Assembly: GCF_003918875.1 (NCBI RefSeq)
Contig: NW_025767721.1
Coordinates: forward strand, 62,001 to 126,000
DNA length: 64,000 nt
Direction of reading: 5' to 3'
DNA from: Haliotis rubra
Taxonomy: Eukaryota
Made by a program: the position numbers and the translations under genes. Shown here piece by piece: positions 1 to 11,289 of the stretch; the stretch's first letter is position 1, and every line of letters starts with the position of its first letter. The notes beneath the pieces were generated by a model, which was given only the letters and a program-made list of their open reading frames with translations, was not told the origin of the DNA and searched no databases.

Positions 1-422
1 GTTTGGGAGGGTGTTTTAGTGAGTGGGTGTTTTGTTATCAGGGTGGAAGGGTAAATCTGTTATGGTGCACTTTATTTGATTACAACATAATACTGACCCG
101 CTACACACACAAACCGCAAATTATTTCATTTTTATAACAAAATGTTTCAGCTAACCTAGTGTAAAGTGACACACCGTGATATGCCCGAGTAACTGTTTAA
201 AAGGAGAGCATTCTTCCGGCTTAACTCCTGCCAATTTTAAATCGTTCTATGTGGATTTAAATCCCAGATTCCATTTATTATCATTCAACGATCGTGCATC
301 AAGATCTTATTTGGACTTTCCCCTCAAATAAAGCTCACGCACCATGATGTTACTGAAATCACTTATGCCCAGATACCATAACCAGTCATCCACTTAAACG
401 TACGTTCCCATACGTATTTCAG

Positions 423-3400
423 GTTGTGTATGTCACAGCGCTCCTGCCGTATGTTTTGCTGACGATATTCCTTATCCGAGGTTCCATGTTACCGGGGGCC
501 CTGGACGGCATCAAGTTCTATGTCACGCCTGACTTTTCCAAGTTGAAGAACTTTAATGTAAGTGTGCCTTTAGCTTCTTCAGCAAAGTATTCTCATAATC
601 CCGATTCTGTCGCAAAGGAGCAGTGGGTTTGTCTTTTATGTTATTTTGTATTAATAACGACACTAAATGCACTATTGAAAACCAGTGATAGTCTGATGGT
701 GACAGTGGTTCTTTTCCAGTCACATGGCACTGATCTAATTACTGCGTTTAATTAATATGTCCTTATCATCACATTACAGGAATTGACGTGAATTTGTTTT
801 GTTACATGATGTCGTAGAGGTCTATCCATAAAGATCTGGGTCGATTAGACAAACTGTTTCGTGATTTATGGCAAATGAACAGACTTGACGAACGTTCAGT
901 GATGTCCATACACATGGAAGTCTTTTTTAGTCAATTGAAATGTTGACAAAATTGTTGAGGTGAAAGATATCGCTTTTGCACTTTCAAGAAATACTGTTTA
1001 CTCACTTCAGGTGTGGATTGAAGCATGTATTCAGGTGTTCTATTCTCTGGGTCCTGCTTGGGGAGGTCTCATCACGATGTCAAGTTTCAACAAGTTCGAT
1101 AACAACTGCTTCAGGTGAACGCCCACGTGTTTTTGGATGCATTGTTGAAGACTCGGACATACAGCAATGCCCCTCAGCGGTATACGTTTCGTTTATGTGC
1201 ATTACAAGAAAATACCGTTTTAGTGAGTAAGTCCTAATGGATTTATGACACTATGGGCAATATTTCGGCAATATCACGGTCTGAGACACCAGAAATAGGC
1301 TTCACAAATTGTACCCATGTACCACTGAGCCATGGTCTTCGGGGTGACGAGAGAACGCTTTAACCACTAAACTACTCCTCCGCTCTGCCCTTTGAGAGAA
1401 TGATCAAGATCATGAAATGTTATCAGTAACATTCCTTCAATATCGGTTACATTATTAATATCAAGTATTGATATATGTCCTTCAGTCCCAGGTAAAAAGG
1501 TATTGACGTATGTCCTTCAGTCCTCAGTAGGTACTTGGTTATGTCTTTTTGTCCTCAGCCAGTATGGATGGATGTACATCCTTCTGTTTCCGGTAAGTCT
1601 GTACTGATATGAATCCTTCTGCCCTTAATAAGTAAGTACTCATACGTCCTCGGTGATATATATCACGGAACAGGTCATATATATCTCACAGTCCTCAGAA
1701 AGTAACAACTAATATATATATCCTTCAGTCCTCTGTAAACAAGTACTGATACAGATCCCTTCAGTCCTCAATTAACAAGTCTTGATTTAAATCCTTCGGT
1801 TCTCAGTAAAAGGTACTGATATAGACCACCACACAATCTTCTGTAAGGAAGCACCAGTCTTTATTTATCTGTCATCTTTTAGCAACTACTAAAATATATC
1901 CTTTGTGGACTCTCTGTAAACAGGTACTGAAATATGTCATTCATCCTATGTAACCAAACAATATATATATGCTCCAGTCCTTCAGAATGAACTGATACCT
2001 TATCATTTTTGAAAGTAAGTTTCGTTTAAGTAAGTTTTCGTAAATTGTGGTTATATGTTTGTCCATATGAATTTTATTGTTTCATTAATGAACTTCTTGT
2101 ATATATTCCTTTGTGTTCTTTGAGTAGCATTTAAAAGTTGGTGTGATGAACAATGAGGGGAGTTCTATGGATATGTTCTTTGAGTGGCATTTTAGAAGTT
2201 GGGAAGTACAATATAGAACAAACTTTATGGATAACAACTTCTTTTTATTCGTGAGTGCGACGTTTCGATACAGATTCTTGTACCGTTGTCAAGCATAATG
2301 GAACATGAAGAAGGGGGAAGTATATATATGCTGGATGTAACAATGTAACAAAGAAAACAACATAATTAATAAATTGGCTAGGCAGAAAGCTGATGAAGCC
2401 AGAGAGTAGACAAAAAACAGGCGTGGAAGCCAATGACAAATGTACAAATAATAATGAGATGTTTATACAATAGATTGGGCTTGGTGTATCGAAACGTCGC
2501 ACTCACGAATAAAAAGAAGTTGTTATCCATAAAGTTTGTTCTATATTCTATGGATATGGTTCTTTATTATTAATATGAGCGACGTTTCGGTGTAGCAACT
2601 AGTGAGTGAGTGAGTATGGTTTTACGCCGCTTACAGCAATATCCCAGCAATATCACGGCGGGACACCAGAAAGGGGCTTCACACATTGTACCCATGTAGG
2701 GAATCGAACCCGGGTCTTTGGCTGGACGAGCGAACGCTTTAACCACTAGGCTACCCCACCGCCCCGTGTAGCAACTAACATCTCCTTGTTGTTCAACATA
2801 CCTTTGCTTGTTGTATACAAAGACTGCTTTCAGCAATATTCTAGACGTAAATCTTGTTTGCCTTCATTTAGTTTCGGTTAATCCTTCTGCTGTCAATACG
2901 TGATTAATGATATACAGTATACTTCGGTTATAACGAACTAAGGGGCAACTAATTTCAATTCGTTATAGCCGAAGTTGGTTGGGCGGATGTCGACTTTGAT
3001 ATAAAGTGAGTGGCCGGGCCAATAAAACCAGTTCGTTATATCCGTTAGTTTGTTCTAAGCATGCTCGCTATAACCGTAAACTATGTCCTTTCAGGGATGC
3101 CGTGATTGCGACACTGGCGGATGGTATGACCAGTTTTTACGGTGGATTTGTCATCTTCGCAGTGATCGGATACATGGCAAAAGAATCCAATCTACCTATT
3201 ACTGAAGTTGCAACACAAGGTCAGTGTGTTACATTTGAGACACTAGGGATGCATGCGTTACCCTCAAACAGTAAATAAAGTAATAATGGCGACTAAAAGT
3301 ATACTACCGGTGTGTTACAAAGATAGCTAAAAATAGTACTCACTTTAGAGTAGGATGATGATGATGATGATGTTGGGGATGGTTTTGTTTCTTTGATATG

Positions 3401-6400
3401 TGTATGTTGTATCAGAAAGTACCCACTGGATGATGATGGTGATGATGATGGTGGTGGTGATGATGGTGATGATGATGGTTTTATATCGTAAAATGTTTAA
3501 TTTGTGCTGAAGTTTTGAGACACGGGAAGCTTACAATTGCACTATACGAGGTACGCCTGTTATTCCATGTTAGTTATAGCTTCATGTATTTACAATGTAC
3601 AACCATAACCAGCGTAAAATGGATGTCCTATTACCACAGGTCCAGGCCTTGCTATGGTAGCCTACCCAGAAGCCATTACACGACTTCCGCTTCCGCAAAT
3701 ATGGGCAGTGTTGTTTTTCTTTATGCTTCTCCTCCTCGGGCTGGACAGTCAGGTCAGAAGCATATGATTTGTTTTCTTTAAATCACTTGGAAATATTCCA
3801 CCTATATGATGGGGGTCTGTAAAAAATCGGGTCTGGTAGAGGAATCCCTATTGACATCCACCCATGCATTATCAATACGATCGCATCAACCAAGCTGAGC
3901 CTGAACACTCGATCCGTTTGTCGCCACTTGCAAGCATTTATCGGAGAGGAAGAACTAAACAGTTATTTGTCAGAACAACTTTTGCACAGAACCACCCTTT
4001 TCAGCTACAAGTTACAATCCAAAACCGTTGTGTCGAATCATGTTTAGTCGAACTTCCGGTTGTCCTAAACAAAAGCTCGGTCCTATCGTATTCTTTATTT
4101 TTTCATGTATGTTTCGGTATAGTGGAACCTCGGATATCTCGAATTTTTTTCATATGCCCCTTCGACTTCAACATACCATTGTTTATAAATCAGTGCCAGA
4201 AAATAGTCATAAAACATTGCATGTCCCTTTGGTATCCCAAGAGACGGTCCATCTCATCCCGACCTGTTTCTTTAATAGTGATTTTACGTTGAACAGCTTA
4301 ACAATTAACCATGTTTAACAATTATATAATACATTTCGTTTACAGTTTGGGATGTTCGAGACACTTGTTAGCGGCATTTTAGACGCCTTTCCAAACAAGC
4401 TGAGGAAGAAGAGGCTGCTTGTAACATCCTCCTTGGCAGCAATAAGCTACTTAGTAGCCCTTCCAATTGCTACAAATGTAAGTTAACGTAATTATTTACA
4501 CTTGTATGTGAAACGTCTGTGCATAGCTCAAGATAACTTTGATGACAGACGCTCAATGTTGTGTCTCCGGTTCTGAATCTTTAAAACTTTGATTGTCTGT
4601 GGTTGACCTGAGATCCGGTGGTCAAACTTATGTATAACGTCAGTAATATTCGGCCATCTGTGAACATCATACACTGTACTTTAATTTCCAATATGAGCAA
4701 TCGAACACAAAGCCGGATTTCCGACCATAAATTGAAAACCCTGTTATTGCGAAGTGATTTCAGAAATGTAGTCCTTTTTAGCTTAAAGTGATTTTGTTTT
4801 GACTATTGCTTAAAGTGATGAATGAAATCGGACGTAAATGCCCTTCTGGTTACAGCTCAACCTTTTCCCTGTAGTTCCTTTAAGCTGCCCCTGGCAGAGT
4901 GAACTCTTTGTACAGAGAGCATCACTAGGGTAGAAGTAAGGAATGGAAGAACTAAATAGGTCAATTATTTACAACATTTTTGTGAAACGTTATTTCTGAC
5001 TGACAAAATTGTATGTACAGATTTACCCCATATGATCTCGGGATGAATCTCAAATTGTCAGATCTCAAATCAAACCACATTTATCATTTGAAACTGTGAT
5101 AAATGATGAGAAAGGGATCGCTTATCTTGTGTTCCTTCGTTGATGCCAACATTGCTCTCTGCAGCACAGGGAATGACATGTATAACATATCACATCTCCA
5201 CATTTTGTTTCAGGGTGGGATTTATGTCTTCCAACTGTTAGACTGGTTCGTTGCAGCATTCTGTGTTCTTCTGACGTCATTTTTGGAGTGCATCATCATT
5301 GGTTGGATATACGGTATGTATTCCCTTGACGCATTCAGTTGTGAACTGGGGCGGTGGGGTAGCCTAATGGTTAAAGCGTTGGCTCGTCACGCCGAAGACC
5401 CGGGTTCAATTCCCCACATGGGCACAATGTGTGAAGCCCATTTCTGGTGTCCCCCGCCGTGATGTTGCTGGAATATTGCTAAAAGCGGCGTAAAACCAAA
5501 CTCAGTCAGTCAGTCAGTTGTGAACTTCGTGTCTTGTACAGAGCTGAAACCATTTCGATGGAAATGGCTCACTGTTACAGATCGCCCAATAGATTTCTCA
5601 ACTGAAATGAGAATGATGAATGTTCCTTGTAAGTAACCAACCCTGGTCGTAGGAGGCCAATCAATGAATCTGATGGTCACGCTTGTCGATTTGGTTGGTT
5701 GAGTGGGACGTTGCGCACTGTAGTTGTATATGTTTTGTTTGGTCAACTGGCTTTAACCATGAATTTTTGTCTATCCTAGTGTGACATGTATAAGATTGCC
5801 TCCTTTCCGTCGTTAAGCCCATGAAACAATGGTTACCTTGACTTTATGGTCAGACACATTTGACCCATCTCTAGTGTGTCAGCCAAACATATCAGTATGA
5901 TCACGACGGATTTGATTCAGATTTTAAGGAAAATATAAGAATCGTTGCGGATGTGCTTCAGTTTTTGTGGAAACGATATTAAATAGGGTAACCACTACAA
6001 CTTTACGAAAGTTTCGTAGGTTTGTTTTTTTGTAAAGTTCTCCTGCCGTCAGTGGCGGTGGGGTAGCCTAGTGGTCAAAGCATTCACTCGTTATTCTGAA
6101 AACCCGGGTTCGATTCCCCAATATGTGTAGCCATTTCTGGTGTCGCTAAAAGCGGCGTAAAACCAAACCCTCTCACTCTACTACCGTCAATGTGTACTAG
6201 TTATGGCAATGCTTTTTGTAAATACACTGCGCAAAGCTGTTCCGGTTTTATGAGCAAGGGTATTACTAAAGATCATGTATATCGTATTACTGATATAACG
6301 TCAACATATGTATTATCAGGCTCATATAGTTCTTTTCAAATTACCCCGTGAGAGGGTACGTAAGTCTCATTGCATTCAAAAGTATTTTTCATTCTCTGAA

Positions 6401-9400
6401 TGTTAATAGTAGCATATTTGTTCCTTTAACGTATGGCTAATTTGCTAAACAATCGCCAACACCCGAAGGTAGGATGTAAATCATAATGATAACTCTTTGC
6501 CTAAATATCTGTGATGCTCTAGTAGTTTTTAGGGCTGCGCAATATAACCGGTTTACCGGTTTTAACATGAAATCGATACGTATTGCGATACGCTGATCGA
6601 AAACCGGTATTTCGACATGCATTCGGGAAACTTCGTAACACTCGGAAGTCTTCGGATATTTCCGTTTTTCACATCGGAAGCCAAGTGAAAGTTCGGTTTG
6701 ACGTTTTGTTCTTAAGTTTTGTTCCCAATGTTCTGGATCTGAATGTTTTAAATATTTACTCATTAATGACCTGTGATCTCTGAAATGTCCTGACCAGGTC
6801 AAGGTGCTGTCTAAAATCTCAGGGCTTTTTGGAGAGTTCAAACTAGTAACCACTGTGTTGATTGTTCTTTTCCTTGTTGATTTGTTGTGTTTTGGCTATA
6901 TAAATCAAGCATTAACTCGATTATAAGTAGTTTTTGTCAAAAATAATTCTTGCAATATATTGCAATACATATCGCAATATATGCTTTCGCGTCGCAATAT
7001 ATCGCAATATGAAAATTCTCTGGAATGCCCACCCCTAGTAGTTTTACTGTTCTTCGACAACAGGTTTTTACATTCCTAACTATATTGATCTTTAGTATGG
7101 TGATTAATTGTTCTCGTCTCGATATGTCGTTGTGACGATAAATAGTAACTCACTCACACACTCTTTTCATATTAAATGTTTTGGTTATAGGTGTTGAGAG
7201 ATTTGGCAGAGACATCGAGATGATGCTTGGGAGACCTCCTTCATTACTCATGAAGCTGTGTTGGTGTTTCGTTACTCCAGTACTTATGTTGGTAAGTGCA
7301 CGTTTTTAAGTGTAGTTACAAAATATTTAGCTAAAATAGTAAGTTTGTTTTTTACGTGCCCTTAGCTATTTTCAACAATACCACGGAAGGGAAACCAGAA
7401 GTGGGTTTGACAATTTGTACCCAAGAGTTGAACTGAACCCAGGTCTTCATTGTAACATTTCAGCATTTTACGATTTAGGTTACATGGACCCGACGCTTTT
7501 AAGTGAGTTAGTGAGTTGACTTTTACGCCGCACGCAGCAATTTTCCAGCTATATGGCGGCGGTCTGTAAATAATCGAGTCTGGACCAGACAATCCAGTGA
7601 TCAACAGCATGATCATCATTCTACGCAATTGGGATACGATGTCATGTGTCAACCAAGTCAGCCAGCCTGACCACTCGATCCCGTTAGTCGCCTCTTTCGA
7701 CAAGCATGGGTTACTGAAGGCCAATATTCTAACCCGGACATTCACGGGTCCGACGCTTTTAAGTAAAAGCAATGCACATATGCATTAATTTTAACACGTC
7801 ATTACATTGTCCTAACCGTTATGTGTATTGTATTACTGTAATATGTTCTTCACATATATCTGCCCCTTAAGAGTAATTGCGATAAACAACTGAAATCAAC
7901 ATTATTCTTGGATACGATCGCTTCTATTCATATATTTTCTCATTTCGCCCGCCAACCTATATGAATGGTTTTAAAAATAAAATCTTATTATCAGGTAAAT
8001 ACAGTCAGTGAGTGAGTTTAGTTTTACGCCGCACTCAGCAATATTCCAGTGATATGGCGGCGGTATGTAAATAGTCGAGTCTGGACCAGACAAGACAGTG
8101 ATCAATAGCACGAGCATCGATATACGCTGCTGGGATACGATGGCATGTGTCAACCACGTCAGCGAGTCTGATCACCCGATCCCGTTAGTCGCCTCTTACG
8201 ACAAGCATGGGTTACTGAAGACCAATTCTATCCCGGATCTTCAGGGTCTCAGATAAATAGAGTAATATTTCACAGGAAAAGGTAAATCATTTAAATGGTG
8301 AACATGCTTATTTACCACGTAATGGAACCTCCTGAAGGCATAAACTTACCCGCACAGTTAAACGTTGTGGTGGGGGTAGCCTAGTATTTATAGAGTTTGA
8401 TCCTCACATTGAAGGCCCAGGTTCGAATGTTTATTTGAAACCCATTTCTATTGCCTGCGCATGATCGTTTGTTAAAGGAGGCCTACCACCAACCTCTCAT
8501 AATCTTTGCACGTAAGTATCATGATATATTCTCTGTTGACAGGTGGCGCTCATCTTCACAATCTACACCTACAAGATGCCAACCTACGATGGCTATATCT
8601 ACCCAGTATATGCCAGGGGTATTGGATTCGTCATCTCAGTACTTCCGGTCATTCCGATCCCGGTATTCATGGTCTGGGAGTTGGTCAAGGCTAAGGGGTC
8701 ATTTATACAGGTACAATTCTTCGTACAGGTACAAACATATCTTCCTTATTCGAAACAGAGCTGCGAAACGCCATCACCAAACAGTACCAAACCGAAACAT
8801 GAGTCGCATTAACCATTTCAGACAATGACCTACTTTTCAGCCGATCCGAATTTTCTCGTGTGAAAGTGTAAATAGACATCACAAACAACTATGGTTACAC
8901 TGAATTCCAATTCCTTGTTTCATAAGAAAATGGTATTTACAAATGAATTTTAATTCTAAACTTTAATAACATCGTATTTCCATCGTATTTCCGTTTGTCA
9001 GTGCTCGCTGTACGACAGAGCACGCTGCACGACGTGTTTGCAAGGATTAGAAGGATCGTCGTGTTGCAATATACAAGTGCTTAGATGTATCAAATAATAC
9101 TGATTAATAATTATGTATATAGTTAAATGAACTGGTCTCAAAATTATGGACTGGTTATTGTACTACGTTGCGCAATAGGACGGAACCCAGTCAACAGGAA
9201 AAGAGACTGTTGCGTAATCAATTTTTTGTCTTGATGAATATAGATTTTACGAACTACCGTAGCCGATAAGCTACAATCAAAATGTTTAAACAGAATCTTT
9301 AGTGTATGTTTTCTGTATTTCATATTTTTGTCTGAAACTAATCACCTTATCATTAAAGACAAAATGAAACGATTTAACCTAAAGAATCCAACAAAGAGTA

Positions 9401-10800
9401 ACTGTTTTTGGAATGATTATGATAAAACGCGTTATACACAATGTATATTATATGTGACCACTGCAAACTCTTCCTATGATTACAACTTGGTATTTTGTAC
9501 ATGTCATATGCACACCCAACACTTGAAACAAGTATTTTCCCAACATTGATTACCAATTGCGTAGATCGATGTTCATGCTGTTGATCCTTGGATTTTCTGG
9601 TCCAAACTCGATTAATTACGGTCAGCCACCATATATCTCTAAACAAACAAACAACAAACAATAATTTACCAATACAGACAACATGACAAATTCAGCTGGA
9701 TTGACTTTAAAATTTATGTTGATTAGCCGAACGTTTATGACCCAAGAAACCCCTAAACTATAGCAATTCATATGCAAACGTGTGGCGTATGGGCAATGTA
9801 CACTTTATGGCAAGTAGTATACCATCACAGACAAACATATGACAAATTCGGCGAATTAACTTTGAATTTTATGTTGATTAGTCCAACGATAATGACACAA
9901 GAAAACCCTAAACCATAACAATATATATGCAGACGTGTGGCGTATCGGCAATTTACACTTTATGGTTAGTAATATACCATCCCATCGGGCGTTGTGCCTA
10001 TCCTTTACTCAATTAGATACTGTAGTAGGTACATTAGATTATTTATATTAAATATTACGGGAAGTTATATGTTACACAGGACAATAACGTTCCGAGATCT
10101 GTCTATATCCACTCAGCCTCTTGTCCACACTTACTGACTGACTGACTAACTGAGTATGGTTTTACGCCGCTTTTAGCAATATTCCAGCAACGTCACGGCG
10201 GGGGACACCAGAAATGAGCTTCACACATTGTACCCATGTGGGGATTCGAACCCGGGTCTTCGGCGTGACGAGCCAACGCTTTAACCACTAGGCTACCCCA
10301 CCGCCCCCCACACTTACTGTGGTAAGGGGGTATCGAATCGGAATCTCCGCTTGTTCACTGTGTGAGGCCTATTCCTCATTTCCCCAGGGGTGGTGGGGTA
10401 GCCTAGTGGTTAAAGTGTTCGCTCGCCATACCTTTTGATCACTGCACTGGATTGTCTGGTTCAGACCCGACAGACCGTCCACATATAGCTGGAATATTGC
10501 TAAACTCCTAAACCTTCACTCACTCACTCAAAAATGCAACGAACGAAGCCATGCAGGCAAATGTATCCTATGTATGTATCTTTACAGAGTGGATATAAAA
10601 TACCCTGCACAATATGGATGCATAAAACCATTCCTTCATTTTCTGTGTCCTTTCAGAGGCTGAAAAGCACTCTCCGTCCAGGGCCCGACTGGGGCCCGGC
10701 AAGGAAAGAACATATGGACGAATACCGTAGAAGAGCAGGGGAATACAACGCCATTCCTCTCACAACCCGGGTAGTCAATACATTCTCAAGGAGTGTTTGA
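423..10800 (+). CDS. SLC6 Na+/Cl- dependent amino-acid transporter, glycine-transporter-like; 5' exons lie upstream of the window
   Basis: Nine GT-AG exons splice in frame: 423-557, 1011-1114, 3095-3219, 3640-3752, 4346-4477, 5214-5313, 7191-7291, 8543-8710, 10657-10800 (TGA). Hallmark SLC6 motifs: [107 protein letters not shown]. The AWGG in TM6 resembles GlyT1/GlyT2. Confidence 0.95.
1224..1390 (-). mobile_element. tRNA-derived SINE family 1, decayed copy
   Basis: Reverse-complement match to family 1 (acaccagaaataggcttcacaaattgtacccatgt...aacgctttaaccacta). Confidence 0.75.
1465..2000. repeat. Degenerate ~33-bp minisatellite
   Basis: Recurrent unit resembling atatatccttcagtcctcagtaaacaagtactgat. 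Confidence 0.75.
2100..2547. mobile_element. Penelope-like element remnant with a 63-bp perfect inverted repeat
   Basis: 2210-2272 is the exact reverse complement of 2485-2547. It contains cgaaacgtcg followed by aataaa, the typical layout of a Penelope pseudo-LTR. Confidence 0.7.
2256..2295 (-). ncRNA. Minimal type-I hammerhead ribozyme motif (Penelope type, U3-A8 variant)
   Basis: Minus strand reads ugc UUGACAA c GGUACA-agaauc-UGUAUC GAAA cGUC gca: stem I ugc/gca, 6-bp stem II, palindromic ACGU in place of stem III. Confidence 0.6.
2602..2765 (-). mobile_element. tRNA-derived SINE family 1, full length
   Basis: A box (tagcctagtggtt), B box (ggttcgattcc), (ACTC)n tail, 12-bp TSD gtgtagcaacta. 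Confidence 0.92.
3354..3480. repeat. (GAT/GGT)n microsatellites
   Basis: Two runs of gatgatgat/ggtggtgat. Confidence 0.85.
5348..5513 (+). mobile_element. tRNA-derived SINE family 1, full length
   Basis: ggggcggtggggtagcctaatggttaaagcg...gggttcaattcccc...gctggaatattgctaaaagcggcgtaaaaccaaactcagtc; TSD tcagttgtgaact. Partial or decayed copies also at ~6054, 8365, 17765, 18380, 20755, 22065, 22925, 27100, 27940, 32545 and their duplicates. Confidence 0.92.
6530..7037 (+). mobile_element. hAT-type non-autonomous DNA transposon (MITE)
   Basis: Ends tagggctg...caccccta, 8-bp TSD gtagtttt, subterminal atatcgca/tattgcga repeats. Confidence 0.8.
7505..7749 (-). mobile_element. Family 2 short retroposon (no tRNA head, structured 5' end, shares 3' tail with SINE family 1)
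   Basis: TSD ccgacgcttttaagt; head acccgtgaatgtccgggttagaatattggccttcag; tail gctgcgtgcggcgtaaaagtcaactcact. Confidence 0.88.
8006..8247 (-). mobile_element. Family 2 short retroposon
   Basis: Full-length match; imperfect TSD tcaggtaaatacagt/tcagataaatagagt. Confidence 0.85.
9672..9981. repeat. Tandem duplication of a ~155-bp unit
   Basis: acagaca..atgacaaattc...cactttatgg..agta.tataccatc occurs twice. Confidence 0.8.
10137..10307 (-). mobile_element. tRNA-derived SINE family 1, full length
   Basis: Near-consensus sequence; TSD ccacacttactg. Confidence 0.92.
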
Positions 10801-11059
10801 TGTTGTGACAGGTAGCGTGCAAGGTTGTGTGTTGCGGCCCCATGTTTTATGCTTAGATCCATGACAATCTCATTAGAATTAGGTCTTTTACTCCGATATT
10901 ATACATCTCTGCCTCCCGATTTGAGGACTCATTCGTGGGATATGTACACTTTCTATTATTTAGGACCCCTGTTTGGTATGACTGGTTCCAGGATTCAGAC
11001 TAACCTGTCTAATTTTGTATCTCGAAAACGATTCCAAGACTTCATTAAAATGTTTGTTA

Positions 11060-11289
11060 TTGTATGTTTGTTTGTTGTTTAACGCCGCGTTCAGCAATGT
11101 CCCAGCTATATGACTGCGGTCGGTAAATAATTGAGTCTGACCAGACAATCAATAGAGTCAAACTGGGATACGATGATCTCAGTGCCCCTGACCAGTCAGT
11201 CAGCGAGCTTGACCACACGATCCCGTCAGTCACCTCTTACGACAAGCGTGGATTGCTGAAACCAGTCCTAACTCGTATCTTCACGGGTC
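11060..11289 (-). mobile_element. Family 2 short retroposon (decayed) downstream of the SLC6 stop codon
   Basis: Match ending atcttcacgggt, with a (CAAA)n-type tail. Confidence 0.78.

Noticed and set aside
5348-5420. tRNA genes (Asp/Glu-like)
   Set aside because: These are SINE heads: no acceptor stem pairing, and they are followed by SINE body, tail and TSDs.
10786-10800. Class I PDZ-binding motif at the SLC6 C-terminus (SRSV)
   Set aside because: Position -2 is Arg, not Ser/Thr.
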